DNA of 64,000 nt, taken from NCBI GenBank assembly GCA_052327205.1, contig CM126214.1, forward strand, positions 46,252,001-46,316,000, in the 5' to 3' direction. The translations under genes and the position numbers were made by a program. Under the pieces are notes generated by a model. That model had not been told where the DNA came from, searched no databases, and worked only from the letters and a program-made list of their open reading frames with translations. Each line of letters opens with the position of its first letter. Position 1 is the first letter of the stretch. Source of the DNA: Somniosus microcephalus (Eukaryota). Of the stretch, positions 1-12,710 are shown in pieces.

Positions 1-877
1 ATTCTAGGCTATCAAGTTTTAACCTGAAGTCTGGGAGCAGACTGTCTAAAATTGTCTTATGTATACCAAGTGGGATCCATTAGTGGAATATACTCTCCTG
101 ATAACATTCATGGATATATTTAATCATATTTGTGCTGGAACGTGGAAAAGTGGTTGTTCCAGTTTGCTGTGTTCCAGAAAATGGTTTCATTCCATTTGAA
201 ATTCCTCCAGTGGATCAGCTTTATTTTCACAGCTCGGCAAATGGAGCAGGGTCAATCTCAGTGTGGAGTTGTATCAGACAAGGACTGCCAGATTAGCCCA
301 CTTCGAGTTGTAGGGATCATATTTTCCTCTGCTGAATGAATTCCACAAAAACGTAAACGTGAGTAAACAACTGTGCAATCTGGAGTACCAGCAGAATATT
401 TGTCTGCATTTAGCGCCGTTCTGAGGATTGTTTCTATCCTGAAGTGGGTTCAGGAAAGCTAGCAAGAAGTTTGCAAAAACAGCTTTTTGCTTGTTAAGAC
501 CTTGTTAAAGGCCAATCATGAAAAGCTGGTGCAGAATTAAATGCAGGGAAAGATAAATGAAAAGTGAATATTGAATTCCAGGTCAGATCTGCTGTAAGTG
601 AGTTTAGCTGAGAAAAGACTTCAAAATATTACCACAGCTGCAAAGATACTAGAAAGATAAGCGAGAGATTACCTGGTAAGTAAGAGACAACAAAGTGGCT
701 CGGCAGTTTATCTCAAATCTCATACATAAATTGGCTTTGCAATTTCTTAAATTATAGTGCTGCCCGTGTGTGTGCTGCTTGTTATGTTACTGCACGAGTA
801 ATAGTCCTTCCTTTCTTAGATTGTAATGAAAGCAATATCTCCTATTTTATCAACAGTCAAATAGCTTGTATCATAAG

Positions 878-1335
878 GTGTCAGCCTTGGCTCAGTGGTG
901 GAAGTCTTGTCTCTGAGTCATATAGTTTTGGGTTCAAGCCCCACTCTAGAGACTTCACCACATAATCTAGGCTGACACTTCAGTGCAGTACTAAGGGAGT
1001 GTGGCACTGTTACAGGTGCCATCTTTTGGATGAGATATTAAACTAAGGCCCCTCGGGTGGACATAAACCATGATACTTTTTGACGAAGTTGAGGAGCGAT
1101 GTCCCAGTGTCCTGGCCAACTTTAACTTTAACTTTCAATCAACAAAACTAAAGCAGATTATCTGGGCATTTCTCTCACTGTTGTTTGTGGGAGTTTGCTG
1201 TGCACAAATTGGCTGCAACATGTCCTTACATTACAACAGTAACTACACTTCACAGTACTTAATTGGCTGTAAAGTGCTTTGAGACCTCGTGAGGTTGTGA
1301 AAAGTGCTATATAAATGCAAATTCTTTCTTTCTTC
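878..1335 (+). mobile_element. tRNA-derived SINE, Deu-SINE/SacSINE1-like
   Basis: A-box TGGCTCAGTGG and B-box GGTTCAAGCCC; Deu-like core GGTGCCATCTTTTGGATGAGATATTAAAC; 3' tail GTGCTATATAAATGCAAATTCTTTCTTTC matches the L2 tail near 22840. Family name is from recall. Confidence 0.75.
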
Positions 1336-1502
1336 TATCTTCCATGTGTTTTATGGCATCATCTGAAGAATACATCAGTAAGTGGAAATTTAACAGTCAC
1401 TTTGAGATGATTAAATTCAAGGGTTTCAGGAAGGGTCATAAAACACAAGAGCAAAGTTTAAGTAGTTTAGAACTGTAATCTGACCCCTGTTGACAGCACT
1501 CT

Positions 1503-2202
1503 CTTCGTCTTCTTAGGCAGTCCCTCGGAACCGAGGATGACTTGCTTCCACATTAAAAATGAGTTCTCAGGTGACTGATGATTCCAGTGCGGGACCTACA
1601 GTCTCTGTCACAGGTGGGGCAGATGGTGATTGAAGGGGCGGGTGGGTTGGGTGCTTGGGTTCACGTGCGCTGTTTGCGCTTGGCTTCCGCTTGCTCCCGG
1701 CGAAGTGACTCGAGGTGTTCGGCACCTTCCTGGATGCTTCTCCTCCACTTTGTGCGGTCTTGGGCCAGGGATTCCCAGGTGTCGGTGGGGATGTTATATT
1801 TTTCAAGGAGGCTTTGAGGGTGTCCTTGAAGTGTTTCCTCTGCCCACCTGGGGTTCTCTTGCCATATCGGAGCTCCGAGTAGAGCGCTTGTTTTGGGAGT
1901 CTCGTATCGGGCATGCGGACAATGTGACCCGTCCATCGGAGCTGATTGAGCGTGGTCAAAGCTTTGATGTTGGCCTGAGCGAGAACACTGACGTTGGTGC
2001 GCCTACCCTGCCAATGGATTTGCAGGATCTTGTGGAGACAGCGTTGGTGGTACCTCTCCAGTGCTTTGAGGTGCCTGCTGTACATGGTCCATGTCTCTGA
2101 GGTGTACAGGAGGGCAGGTATTACTACTGCTCTGTAGACCATGAACTTGGTGCCAGATTTGAGATCCTGGTCTTCATACACTCTTTTCCTCAGGTGACCG
2201 AA
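1503..2202 (-). mobile_element. RTE-clade LINE, 5'-truncated 3' fragment
   Basis: ORF 1567-2181 has RTE C-terminal motifs (YRAVVIPALLYTSETW, LRWTGHIVRMPDTRLPK). GAA-like tail at the left end; same family as 50230. Confidence 0.85.
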
Positions 2203-2905
2203 CTCTTAGGGAGTATTGGGTGACATAATAGATAAGATGCTGACCTTTTACCTCTGGGTTTGGGTTCACATCTAACCCAGAGTGATGGAATGAAAGTGAT
2301 CTCTATCTGTAAGGCTGTAGGTGCTTGGCTAGTCCCAATCCAGTTCTTAATTGGTGTGATCCCAGAGAAAAAGCTGCCTATAATTCTGCAGTAATCGGCA
2401 TTATCACACAAAAACCACAGGATAGCTATTATTGAAAATGTCATTCAAGTCCACTTTTAAGTTTGGTGCTGAAATACGTTGAGCAGACTAGAGGCCCTCC
2501 CAAAACTTTCCCCCTGCATCTAACCTGACCTGAAAGTACTTGATGCTGACACTGGATGACAAAAGCTGAAAAAGTGCTCCATTTTCGAGCAGAAACAACC
2601 TTCACATTAATGAGGACAAAATCCATGCATTTCTTTTATCTGTTCTTCAATAATATACGCTGTTCAATTTCTGAGGTGCCTTTGATTGGTTTCACATCTG
2701 TTGTGTCAAGAACAGCAGTCAGTCCAGATACTGACAGCCTCATGCTCCTGGCATTGACAGTATTATTCATGCTTGCCTCGCTGTTCCCTGGAGAGATGTA
2801 GAGGAATCATACATTGTACTTCAAACTATTTGCAATTGCAGTTGTACGAAAGGCTGATATTTAGAGATATTTAGTAGATGAGAATCATATATGTATAAAT
2901 TCAAG

Positions 2906-3741
2906 TGTAGCCATTGACCAAATAATATTACCCATAATTACTCCTGAGTAACTAAGAAAGCTAAGACTTGTTCAAAATGTAGCTTCGAAGGACGGTCAAA
3001 AGCAGTTTTGACTAAGTTTTGATAACAAACAACCACAGTCTATGAGTGAAGGTTAAATTGCTAAAAAAAACTTATGATGCTAAGTAGAAATTAGAATTCA
3101 CTTAACAAAACTAATTGCAACAATATTTAAAGGATAATTAGAATAAAGACATAAAATGAGAGAGATCATGGAAGTTAAGGTGTATATCTGCTCGATTAAA
3201 GTGAGATAGTTTGGATACCTCAAGACTAGTGAATGGGCCCTTGGTATAGAAAGGCCTTGTACTGCTTGAAGCTAGAAATGAAAGAGATAAAGTAAATTCC
3301 AATGGGGTGAAAAACTATAAACAAGATAACACTGAACATGGCAAAGTTGGTGGAAATATACTGGAAAGGCAGGATGCTACCTTAGTCTGAGTGACAATGG
3401 TATTTTGACCATTAGAACCAATTAAAAAAGGTGATTTTGTTAAAGACCATATATGGACACTGGCCAAACCAACTTTTGATAAGAAAAGGGTTAAAACCTC
3501 GATACCCTAAGAATAACTTCACACAGACGTACTGCGAGGACAAAGGAACAGACTTTAGACGACTTCATCTGTGTCCGAGCGGTTCCAGAGACCTAGGGCT
3601 GCGAGCTACTCATTAAAACTATCGCCTAATATTAAGTATATTACGCTGTATGCTTAATAAATCTTGATCTATTGCTCAAACATACTGGCTGCTGCCTATT
3701 GGTGTCTTGTCCAAGAACTCAGAGATCATTAAGATCTTACA
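2906..3741. mobile_element. probable solo LTR
   Basis: Ends are TGTAG...TTACA, flanked by CAAG/CAAT (imperfect 4-bp TSD); AATAAA near 3656; non-coding. Confidence 0.4.
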
Positions 3742-3989
3742 CAATGTTGCGATTTCACTGACTGTTACCCAGCTCCCCCCTAACAATGGCTGGCCCTTTA
3801 TGTATCTAGACATGTCTAAACAATTGCTCAATCTAGCAGTTTACCTTGCTACAATTTGCACTGTATTACCGTAAGTGTATGGAGAATAATTTGTGGTTAA
3901 TTACAGTTGGTATGGATTATCATTTTTTGAAATCCAATTTTCTCCCCATATCTCCTGAATCCTACAGGGAATGTAAAGGCTGCCCTTCA

Positions 3990-4710
3990 TCATAGAACCA
4001 GCGAGGTTTATATCACAGAAGGAGGCCATCTGGCCCATCGTATCTGTGCCAGCTCTCTGCTAGAGCAATCCAAATCTAATCCCAATGCCCTACCTTCTCC
4101 TCAAAAACCTGTATCACCTGCTGTCTCAAATGTTCATTCACTTTTCCCTTAAAAAATGTAATAGTTTAACTATCCATTGTAGCAAAACATACCGTGCTCT
4201 AGCAACTCTCTGCAGAAAGACAATTCCGGTAACCTCACTCCTCAAAACTGACTTCCTAACCAGAGGAAATAGTCTTTCCCTATTCAATCTACCAAAGCCG
4301 TTTATAATTTTACAAAGCTTGATGAAATCTTCCTTTAGCAATTCCAGTGGAAATTGTCTCTGAATCTCAAGGCTCTCCTTACAGCTATATTTTCTCATTC
4401 CTGATATCATCCTGGTAAACCTACACAGTACACTCTATGGATTTAATGCCCTTTCTATAATAGGGTGCCCAAAACTGCATATGGGATTCTAACTGTAGCC
4501 TAATCATTGCATGTACAAATTAATCATAACCTCTTTAATCTTCTATGCTATGCCATGATTTATAAAACTCAAAATGCCACTGGCCTTTTTAATGTCTTTA
4601 ATTAGCTGCAATCGTACTTTCAGGGAATTATGTATTTGAATATCTAGGTCTCTCTGTTTCTCCCCACCCTTCAGCAGCTTTCCATTGAGTGTATACTCCC
4701 CCAAAATGTG
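3990..4710 (-). mobile_element. old, degenerate CR1 LINE 3' fragment
   Basis: ORFs 4543-4743 and 4138-4410 carry CR1 ORF2 C-terminal remnants (YTLNG...QRDLDI...KKASGILSFI, RERLFPLV). Confidence 0.75.
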
Positions 4711-4714
4711 TAAG

Positions 4715-4945
4715 CTTAGACAGTGAGTGTTGGCAAACAGCAAGGCTTATCCAGGCATGGGGGTCATCACAGCCAAGCCAAATACTGATGATTCTTACCT
4801 GACATGCAAACTACACTTCCCAGTGTAGATCTATGGATAGCAAGCAGGAATAGGAGCCCTAGCTGATTTCCCCCTCCCTTACTGAACGCAGTTGTAGTTC
4901 CCCAACTGCTGCCTTGCTGAGATCAACTGGCTCCACAGAGGCTTC
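4715..4945 (-). mobile_element. ancient tRNA-type SINE (MamSINE1-like from recall), interrupted by Harbinger 1; continues at about 15182-15250
   Basis: The motif CTGAGATCAGCTAAC..CAGCACAGACC recurs at about 16680, 37830 and (plus strand) 63420. Confidence 0.5.
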
Positions 4946-5214
4946 GGCCGTGAATTTGCCACAAGAGGTGGGCTGGAGTCGGGTTGGCTGGTGGGCGGGT
5001 TCCGGTCCCACTGTCAGTTTCAGCCGCTCCCAAATAACAATTTTGATTTAACTGGGCTCATTAAGCCCGCCATGTGCGCTACCCGGCCCAATCAGTGGGT
5101 GCGGGTCTGCTGCTCGCCTCTGCTGATGTCAACGATTCAGGTGGTTTTAAGGAGTCCATGCAGCCTTGGCTTTTAATTTCCTTTGTGCTGCTCCTGAAAA
5201 CAGCCCACTGCAAC

Positions 5215-7131
5215 ATGACTGCTCTATGATGTAAGGCTGCTCCTCGTTTTGATGATGACTCTCTCCATGTTCTTGTGGAGGGAGTAAGAGGGTGCAGGGA
5301 GGTTCTGTTCCCTCCTGATGGCCGGAGGAAGCCTCCTCTGTAGACAAAAGCAATCTGGCTGCAAATTGCTGAGGAGGTAAGCGCAAGGTCCTTGTGCTCA
5401 CGCACCTGGGTGCAGTACCGAAAAAGGTTCAATGATCTGCTACACTCAACAAAAGTGAGTATAACATCACGCTTACCTTCAATCTGCTCCCCATCTCCTC
5501 TCATCACCAGCACTCTGCATTGTCAACCTACTCCTGCACATCCCATCTTACCCTTACTTCTCTTGCACCCTTACCTATCCCTCTCTCTCTATGTACAGAA
5601 TAACTTCACCACCCTACTATGCACTCCTCACACTCGCTCTCACTGTTATGCAATGACAACAACTAACAACACACAGGGAGGGCACTTAGTATTGGGAACT
5701 CACTCCATCTTTGTGTCCTTCTAAGCATCTATGCTATGGATTATCTACACTCACTCCATCATTCTCACTCAAACTCTACTTGTGTCCCTCATTGCAGGAA
5801 AAGAGAGCCCACAATAAGAGGGAAAGGGCAAAGACTGGAGAAGGGCCATCCTCAATAGCCCATCTTACCAGCGCAGAGGAGGCAGCCCTAGAGATCGTTG
5901 GCGCCGAGGAGGATGTGTAAGTGGGGGACGGACAGACGGGCACATCAGAGCAAGCTGGTGACAGAATAGTTTTGCATCTCTCTCATTGACATTGCATGAG
6001 TGACTGATATGGCTTCTGATGCTCAAACAAATAAACTTATGATCATCTGCACACTTTGATGTGCATGCTACGTTTATATCACATGTCTAACTCATGCCTT
6101 TACTCCTCCACAGGACCATCGACAGCCTCCCTCCCCACTGTCCAGGAGGAAGAGGCTGAGCTGGAAGACTCCTCAGAGGAACCTGCAACCTCTGAGGGTG
6201 CAGCGTCAGCAGAATTAAGTGCACCCAGCACCAGCGCAGAAATGCACACCTCGGTGGGACCTTCGTGACATAGAGTAGTGTTGTCACCTGTTGTATCACA
6301 GCTCACAGGTGAGCATCAGCAGATGGTGGAGACAGGGACAGTGGAGACTCCTCGTCGGAGGGCGCTGGACGCTCCTAGCTCTGCTCTGCTGCATGTAGAT
6401 GCTATGCCTCTGGGGTCATCCAGAAAGAGAGTGGTGCTGGAACTTCAGGAGCAAGTGCAGGAGTCTCTGACTGGGTTTGCATCCACGGTAACAGCGAGTG
6501 GGCAGAGAATGGAGGAGTCCATCTCAAACTTGAGTACTGCTGTGGTGGACGCAATGGTGAATGAAAATGCCACCATGGAAAGGATGGAAACCTCCATGGA
6601 GGAGATAACTCGTCAGACTCAAGAGAGCATGGTGACTCTTCTAAATAAATGGTTATCTATGGAGGATAGATAGGCATCTATTGAGGAGAAGCACCAGAGG
6701 TCCATGGACGTCCTTGTTATGAGGACTGTCAGTACAGAGACGGGTCCTCATGGCCCCAGTGATGTGCAGCAAAGTGCTCTCCAGCCACTTGCTAGCAGTG
6801 AAGTACGGGCGACCCATGAGAGAGATGTTGGGGGTCGACAACAAGGAAGTGTGGGCTCCTCTCCAAGCGCTCACACGACCATGCCACTGTGGAGCCCTCG
6901 CTCAGAACCCCTGATTCCTCACCCAACTGAGATAGCCGTCTCAGCCCCTGCATAGCCACAGGAGGAACAGACTGTTGCAGAGCCCTCCCAGACTCCCAAA
7001 CACAGAGGACGCCCGCCAAAGGCATCTAAGCAGGCGCAGCATCAAAGTGAGCAAGGTGCCTCCACATCTGCTGAAGCCACAGGGGAAGCACCACGTAGAA
7101 GCACACATACGATAAGTCAACACACAAATAG
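5215..7131 (+). pseudogene. Harbinger Myb/SANT-like DNA-binding protein (NAIF1/MSANTD-like); exons 5215-5454, 5798-5957, 6114-~7131
   Basis: APRFDDDSLHVLVE..W..IAEEV..RTWVQYRKRFNDL spliced to EKRAHNKRERAKTG; GT/AG junctions are in frame; several premature stops. Confidence 0.85.
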
Positions 7132-7409
7132 TCACAAAGGTAGTCACTTGGGTGTTTTCTGATCTTACAAAGTAATGTTTGTCATCCTGTTTGTAACTTT
7201 ATTAAACAAAAGTGGTAGCAAAGAATTGAAGATTTGTCCTATGTGTGGTCAGAAATGGAAGTTGCACAGTGAGACGCCTTTCATGTGTTATGATGGTGGT
7301 GAGAGTGATAGGAAACCACAGTTTATTGTACAGATGATGTATGGTGTGTTAAGAAGGTCATGCAGACATTCATTTCCATGTGCCAGCCACATGTGGTTGA
7401 TGTGTAAGC

Positions 7410-8651
7410 TTACGCGAATCTGGCATGGATGAGTGCATCCCTTGCCTCATGGCCAGCAATGTGGTCGCGTGCTGGTGGAATTGTCACCTCCACCCCCGCA
7501 TGATGTCCCTCATCTGCCACCTCCTCATCCTCATCCTCCTCCTCCTCCTCCTCCTCCTCTTCTGAGGAGGCTGTGCGTTGAGCCACTTGTTCCTCAGGCA
7601 GCGCTAAGCCATGCTGCTGTGCGATTTTGTGCAGGGCACAGCAGACGACGATGATTCTGGAGATCCTGGCTGGGGCATACTGCAGGGCTCCACCAGATCT
7701 GTCGAGGCATCTGAATCGCATTTTGAGCAAGCCTCAGGTTTGCTCTATGATGCTTCTGCTGGAAATGTGGCTCTCATTGTAGCGCTCCTCAGCTTCATTT
7801 GATTGCCTCCTCATCGGTGTCATTAGCCACTTTTTCAGGGGATAGCCCTTGTCTCCAAGTAGCCATCTGGAAAGTTGGCTTGGCAGATTGAAGAGCTGAG
7901 ACACAGTAGATTGCCAAAGGATAAATGAATCATGACAACTGCCAGGGTACTTCGCGCAAACATGCAAAATGTTCTTCCTGTGGTTACACAGCAGCTGGAC
8001 ATTAAGGGAGTGGAAGACAAATACAGCTGGGTTGTGATGGGGTGCCCTAATGGCCACATGTGTGCAGTCTATGATGCCCTGCACCCTTGGCAAGCCTGCC
8101 ATATTTACAAAGCCAACCCCGCGTGCAGTTACACTTGCTTGATCCATGGAGAAGTGGATGTAGTTGTGCGCCTTTGCAAAGAGGGCATCGGTAACCTGCG
8201 TGATGCAAGTGTGTGTGGCCGACTGGGAGATGCCGCTGATGTCTGCTGATGATCCCTGGAAGGAGCCTGAAGCAAAGAAGTTAAGTGTGGTGGTGACTTT
8301 GACAACCACTGGTAAGGAGTGTCCACACGATCCTCTGGGCTCCAGGTGTTGGTGCAGCATTGCGCAGATGTCAGCGACTACCTTTCGTGAAAGTCTCAGC
8401 CTCCTTTGGCACTGCTGTTCACTCATGTTGAGGAAGCTCATCCTCGGCCTGTAAACCCGGTGTTGGGGGTATCCCCTGCGACGAGGTGCAGCCTTGCGCT
8501 GACAGCCTCTGCCCTGTGCAGCATCAAATGGCTGAGGAGAAGCTTGGCACTCCTGCTGTTGCTGCAGCTGTGGTGGACAGTTCTGCTGCTGCCACGGTTG
8601 CTCTTCCTCCAATTCTAAGGACCAAGATGAGAGGGTATAAATGGTTCCCAT
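7410..8651 (-). pseudogene. Harbinger (HARBI1-like) DDE transposase, disrupted
   Basis: Motifs [34 protein letters not shown] then LKMRFRCLD in another frame (frameshift near 7735); NRKG segment deleted. Confidence 0.9.
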
Positions 8652-8970
8652 TCTGACGGTATATATCTCAGTTGAGGAACAGATGTTGGACTGCATTTTG
8701 CCATTGGTGGCGGGTTGGGGGCGGGTCAGGTGGTTGGTGGGTCCCGCTCTCACCTCCGCTGTCAGGGGGGCTTTTTTAGCTATTTTGCCCTAATTGGCCA
8801 ATTGATTTCCAGCGTGTGCGCACCCCTGGCCCAATTAGTTTTTTAGGCCTGAAACTGGCCTCTGATGACATCATTTCTCCAGTTGCATTTAAGGGCTCCA
8901 AGCAGCCTTGGTTCATTTTCAGCCTCTACGCTTGTGTTTGCTCCTCTTCATAGTGTTTGGAGCGAGTGGG

Positions 8971-11900
8971 ATGTTGACTTCAAGGCCCAAGGCCTCACCA
9001 GGCTTTAATGATGACTCTCCCCATGCACTGGTGGAAGGAGCCAGAGCACAAAAGGAGGTGCTGTTTCCATCCTCTGGGAGAAAAAAACCTCCCCAGCAGA
9101 CCAAAGCTGTGTGGCTAGAAGTTGCCCAGGAGGCCAGTTCCAGATCGATGTGCAGCAGAACCTGGCTGCAGTGCCATAAGAGGTTCAACGACCTTGTCCA
9201 AACAGGCAAAGTGAATATAGCATCACCTTTACCCTCATTCTGCTCCCCATCTCCTCTCAGCACCATCACTCTGCATTGTTAATCTACTCCTACACATCCC
9301 ACTTTACCCTTACATCTCTTGCACCCTTAACCATTCCCTCTCTCTCTATGTACACAATCACTTAACTATTCGACTATGCTGCCCTCACACTCCCTATTTA
9401 CGCTATGACAATAACTAACAACACACAGGGAGGGCCCTTAATATTGGGAATTCACTCCATCTTTGTGTCCTTCTAAGCATCTATGCTATGGATTATCTAC
9501 ACTCACTCCATCATTCTCACTCAAACTCCACTTGTGTCCCTCATTGCAGGAAAAGAGAGCCCACAATAAGAGGGAAAGGGCAAAGACCGGAGGAGGGCCA
9601 CCCTCAATAGCCCATCTTACCAGCGCAGAGGAGGTGGCCCTAGAGATCATTGGCACTGAGGAGGATGTGGAAGTGGGGGACGGACAGACGGGCACATCAG
9701 AGCAAGCTGGTGACAGAATAGTTTTGCATCTCTCTCATTGACATTGCATGAGTGACTGATATGGCTTCTGATGCTCAAACAGATTGACTTATGATCATCT
9801 GCACAATTCGATGTGCATGCTATGTTTATATCACATAGACATAGAAGATAGGAGCAGGAGTAGGCCATTCGGCCCCTCGAGCCTGCTCCGCCATTCAATG
9901 AGATCATGGCTGATCATCCAAATTCAGTACCCTGTTCCTGCCTTCTCTCCATATCCCTTGATCCCTTTAGCCTTAAGAAATATATCTAACTCCTTCTTGA
10001 ATATATTTAATGAATTGGCCTCTACTGCCTTCTGTGGTAGAGAATTGCACAGGTTCACCACTCTCTGGGTGAAGAAATTCCTCCTCATCTCTGTCCTAAA
10101 TGGCTTACCCCTTATCCTTAGACTGTGACCCCTGGTTCTAGACTCCCCGACCATCGGAAACATCCTTCCTGCATTTAGTCTGTCTAGTCCTGTTAGAATT
10201 TTATAAGTTTCAATGAGATCCCCTCTCATTCTTCTAAACTCCAGCGAGCATAAGCCCAATCGACCCAATCTCTCTTCATACGTCATTCCTGCCATCCCAG
10301 GTATCAGCCTGGTGAATCTTCGCTGCACTCCTTCCATGGCAAGAACATCCTTCCTCAGATAAGGCGACCAAAACTGCACGCAATAATCAAGATGTGGTCT
10401 CACCAAGGCCCTGTACAACTGCAGCAAGACATCCTTGGTCCTGTACTCAAACCCTCTCGCTACGAAGGCCAACATATCATTTGCCTTCTTAACCGCCTGC
10501 TGCACCTGCATGCTTACCTTCAGCGACTGGTGCACAAGGATGCCCAGGTCTCATTGCACTTCCCCTTCTCCCAATCTATTGCCATTCAGATAATAATCTG
10601 CCTTCCTGTTTTTGACACCAAAGTGGATAACCCCGCATTTCTCCACGTTATATGGCATCTGCCATGCTTCTGCCCAATCACCCAACCTGTCCAAATCATA
10701 CTGGAGTTTCTCGGCATCCTCCTCACAGCACACACGCCCACCCAGCTTTGTGTCATCTGCAAACTTGGAGATATTACATCTAGTTCCCTCGTCTAGATCA
10801 TTAATATATATTGTGAATAGCTGGGGTCCAAGGACCGATCCCTGCGGTACCCCACTAGTCACTGCCTGCCACTCGGAAAAAGAGCCGTTTATTCCAACTC
10901 TTTGCTTTCTGTCTGCCAACCAGTTCTCTATCCAAGTCAATACCTTGCCCCCAATCCCATGTGCCTTAACTTTACACGCTAATCTCTTATGCGGGACCTT
11001 ATCGAAAGCCTTTTGAAAGTCCAAATACATCACATCCACTGGTTCTCCCTTATCTATTTTACCAGTTACATCCTCAAAAATTCCAGTAGATTAATCAAGC
11101 ACGATTTACCTTTTGTAAATCCATGTTGGCTTTGTCCAATCCAGTCACTGTTTTCCAAGTGCTCTGCTATTACATCTTTTACAATGGACTCTAGCATTTT
11201 ACCCACTACCGATGTCAGGCTTACCGGTCTGTCATTCCCCGTTTTCTCTCTACCACCTTTTTTGAATAGTGGGGTAACATTAGCTACCCGCCAATCCATG
11301 GGTTCTGTTCCAGAGTCTATCGAATTTTGGAAGATGTCTAACGCATGCCTTTACTCCCCCACAAGACCATCGACAGCCCCCCTCCCAACTGTCCAGGAGG
11401 TAGAGGCTGAGCTGGAATACTCCTCAGAGGAACCTGCAACCTCTGAGGGCACAGCGTCAGCAGAATTAAGTGCACCCAGCACCAGCGTAGAAATGCACAC
11501 CTCGGTGGGACCTTCGGGACATAGAGTAGTGTTGTCACCTGGTGTATCACAGCTCACAAGTGAGCATCAGCAGATGGTGGAGACAGGGACAGCAGTGGAG
11601 AGTCCCCGTCGGAGGCTGCAGGGCACTCCCAGCTTTGCTCAGCTGCATGTGGACCCTGTGCCTCCAGGTCCATCCAGAAGGAGAGCGGTGTTGGAACTCC
11701 AGGAACAGGTGCAGGAGTCTCTGGCAGGTATTGTCTCCAGGGTCACTGCAAGTGTGGAGCGGATGGAGGAGTCCAACGGTAACATGAGCAGAGCCTTTGT
11801 GGAGGCTTTGGTGCATGAACACATCATCGCAGAAAGAATGGCAACCTCCGTGGAAAGGCTGGTTACCTCCATGGAAAGGATGGCTACGGTAGAGAAGAGG

Positions 11901-12452
11901 ATGGCTAAGGCCATGGAGGAGCTAAGTCGCCAGAGTGTGGAAAACATGGTGAATGTTCAGAATAGACTGTCATCTCTGGACGAGCGATGGACAGCTATTG
12001 ATCAGTGAAACCAGACCTTCATGGAAGTCCTCTGGAGTAGGACTGCCAGTGCAGAAACGGGTCCTCATAGCCCCCCCTGATGTGCAGCAAGGTGCTGTCC
12101 AGCCACTTGATAGCACTGAAGTGGGGCCGATCCATGAGAGGGATGTTGATGGCAGACTACAAGGAAGTGGGGGCTCCTCTCCAAGTGCTCACACTCACAT
12201 GCCACTGCGGAGCCCTCAGTCAGAGACCCACCAGAGTCCTCACCCAACTGAGATGGACGTCTCAGCCCCTGCACAGCCATAGGAGGAGCAGACTGTTGGT
12301 GAGCCCTCACAGACTCGCAACCCCAGAGGACGCCCGCCAAAGGTGTTGAGGCAGGAGCAGCATGAGAGTGAGCAAGGGGCCTCCACATCTGCTGAAGCCA
12401 CGGGGAAGCACCACGTAGGAGCACGCATAAGAGGAAGATAAAGCACAAGTAG
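8971..12452 (+). pseudogene. Harbinger Myb/SANT-like protein copy 2; exons 8971-9210, 9550-9709, 11365-12452
   Basis: Exon sizes (240 and 160 nt) equal those of copy 1. Intron 2 contains a CR1; the exon-3 acceptor is mutated to AA; stops at 12006 and 12280. Confidence 0.85.
9837..11333 (-). mobile_element. CR1 LINE, 5'-truncated, in intron 2 of Myb gene 2
   Basis: RT motifs YLDFQKAFDKVPH, GVPQGSVLGP, KFADDTK; CR1 3' tail; the empty site ATCAC|ATGTCT is visible in copy 1 near 6080. Confidence 0.95.
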
Positions 12453-12710
12453 TCACAAGGGTAGTCACTTGGGTGTTCTGTTGTGTTTAATTGTTAAATG
12501 CCATCCTTTAGTCAATGTATTAAAATGAAGTGATGGAAAACTGTTGAAGTTCTGGACTCTGTCGTTTCAGAAATGGAAGTTCCACATTGAGGGCTCAGGG
12601 TGAATTGGATTTATCATGATGGTGGTCAGAGTGATAGGAAGCCACAGGTTCTTGTCCATTGTCTACGGTGTGGTAAGAAGGTGCCAGGCACATGTGTTTG
12701 AATGGGCAAC

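Noticed and set aside
255-438. Minus-strand frame containing an ITIM-like VVYSRL
   Set aside because: A short motif expected by chance, with no supporting upstream exon or recognisable homology.
7734-8753. N-terminal extension of transposase 1 (MRAGPTNH...)
   Set aside because: It crosses into the terminus of nested copy 2; the real start is MGTIY at 8651, matching copy 2.
10989-12008. 339-aa plus-strand ORF that looks like a novel gene
   Set aside because: It is antisense CR1 sequence running into Harbinger Myb exon 3 across the insertion junction.
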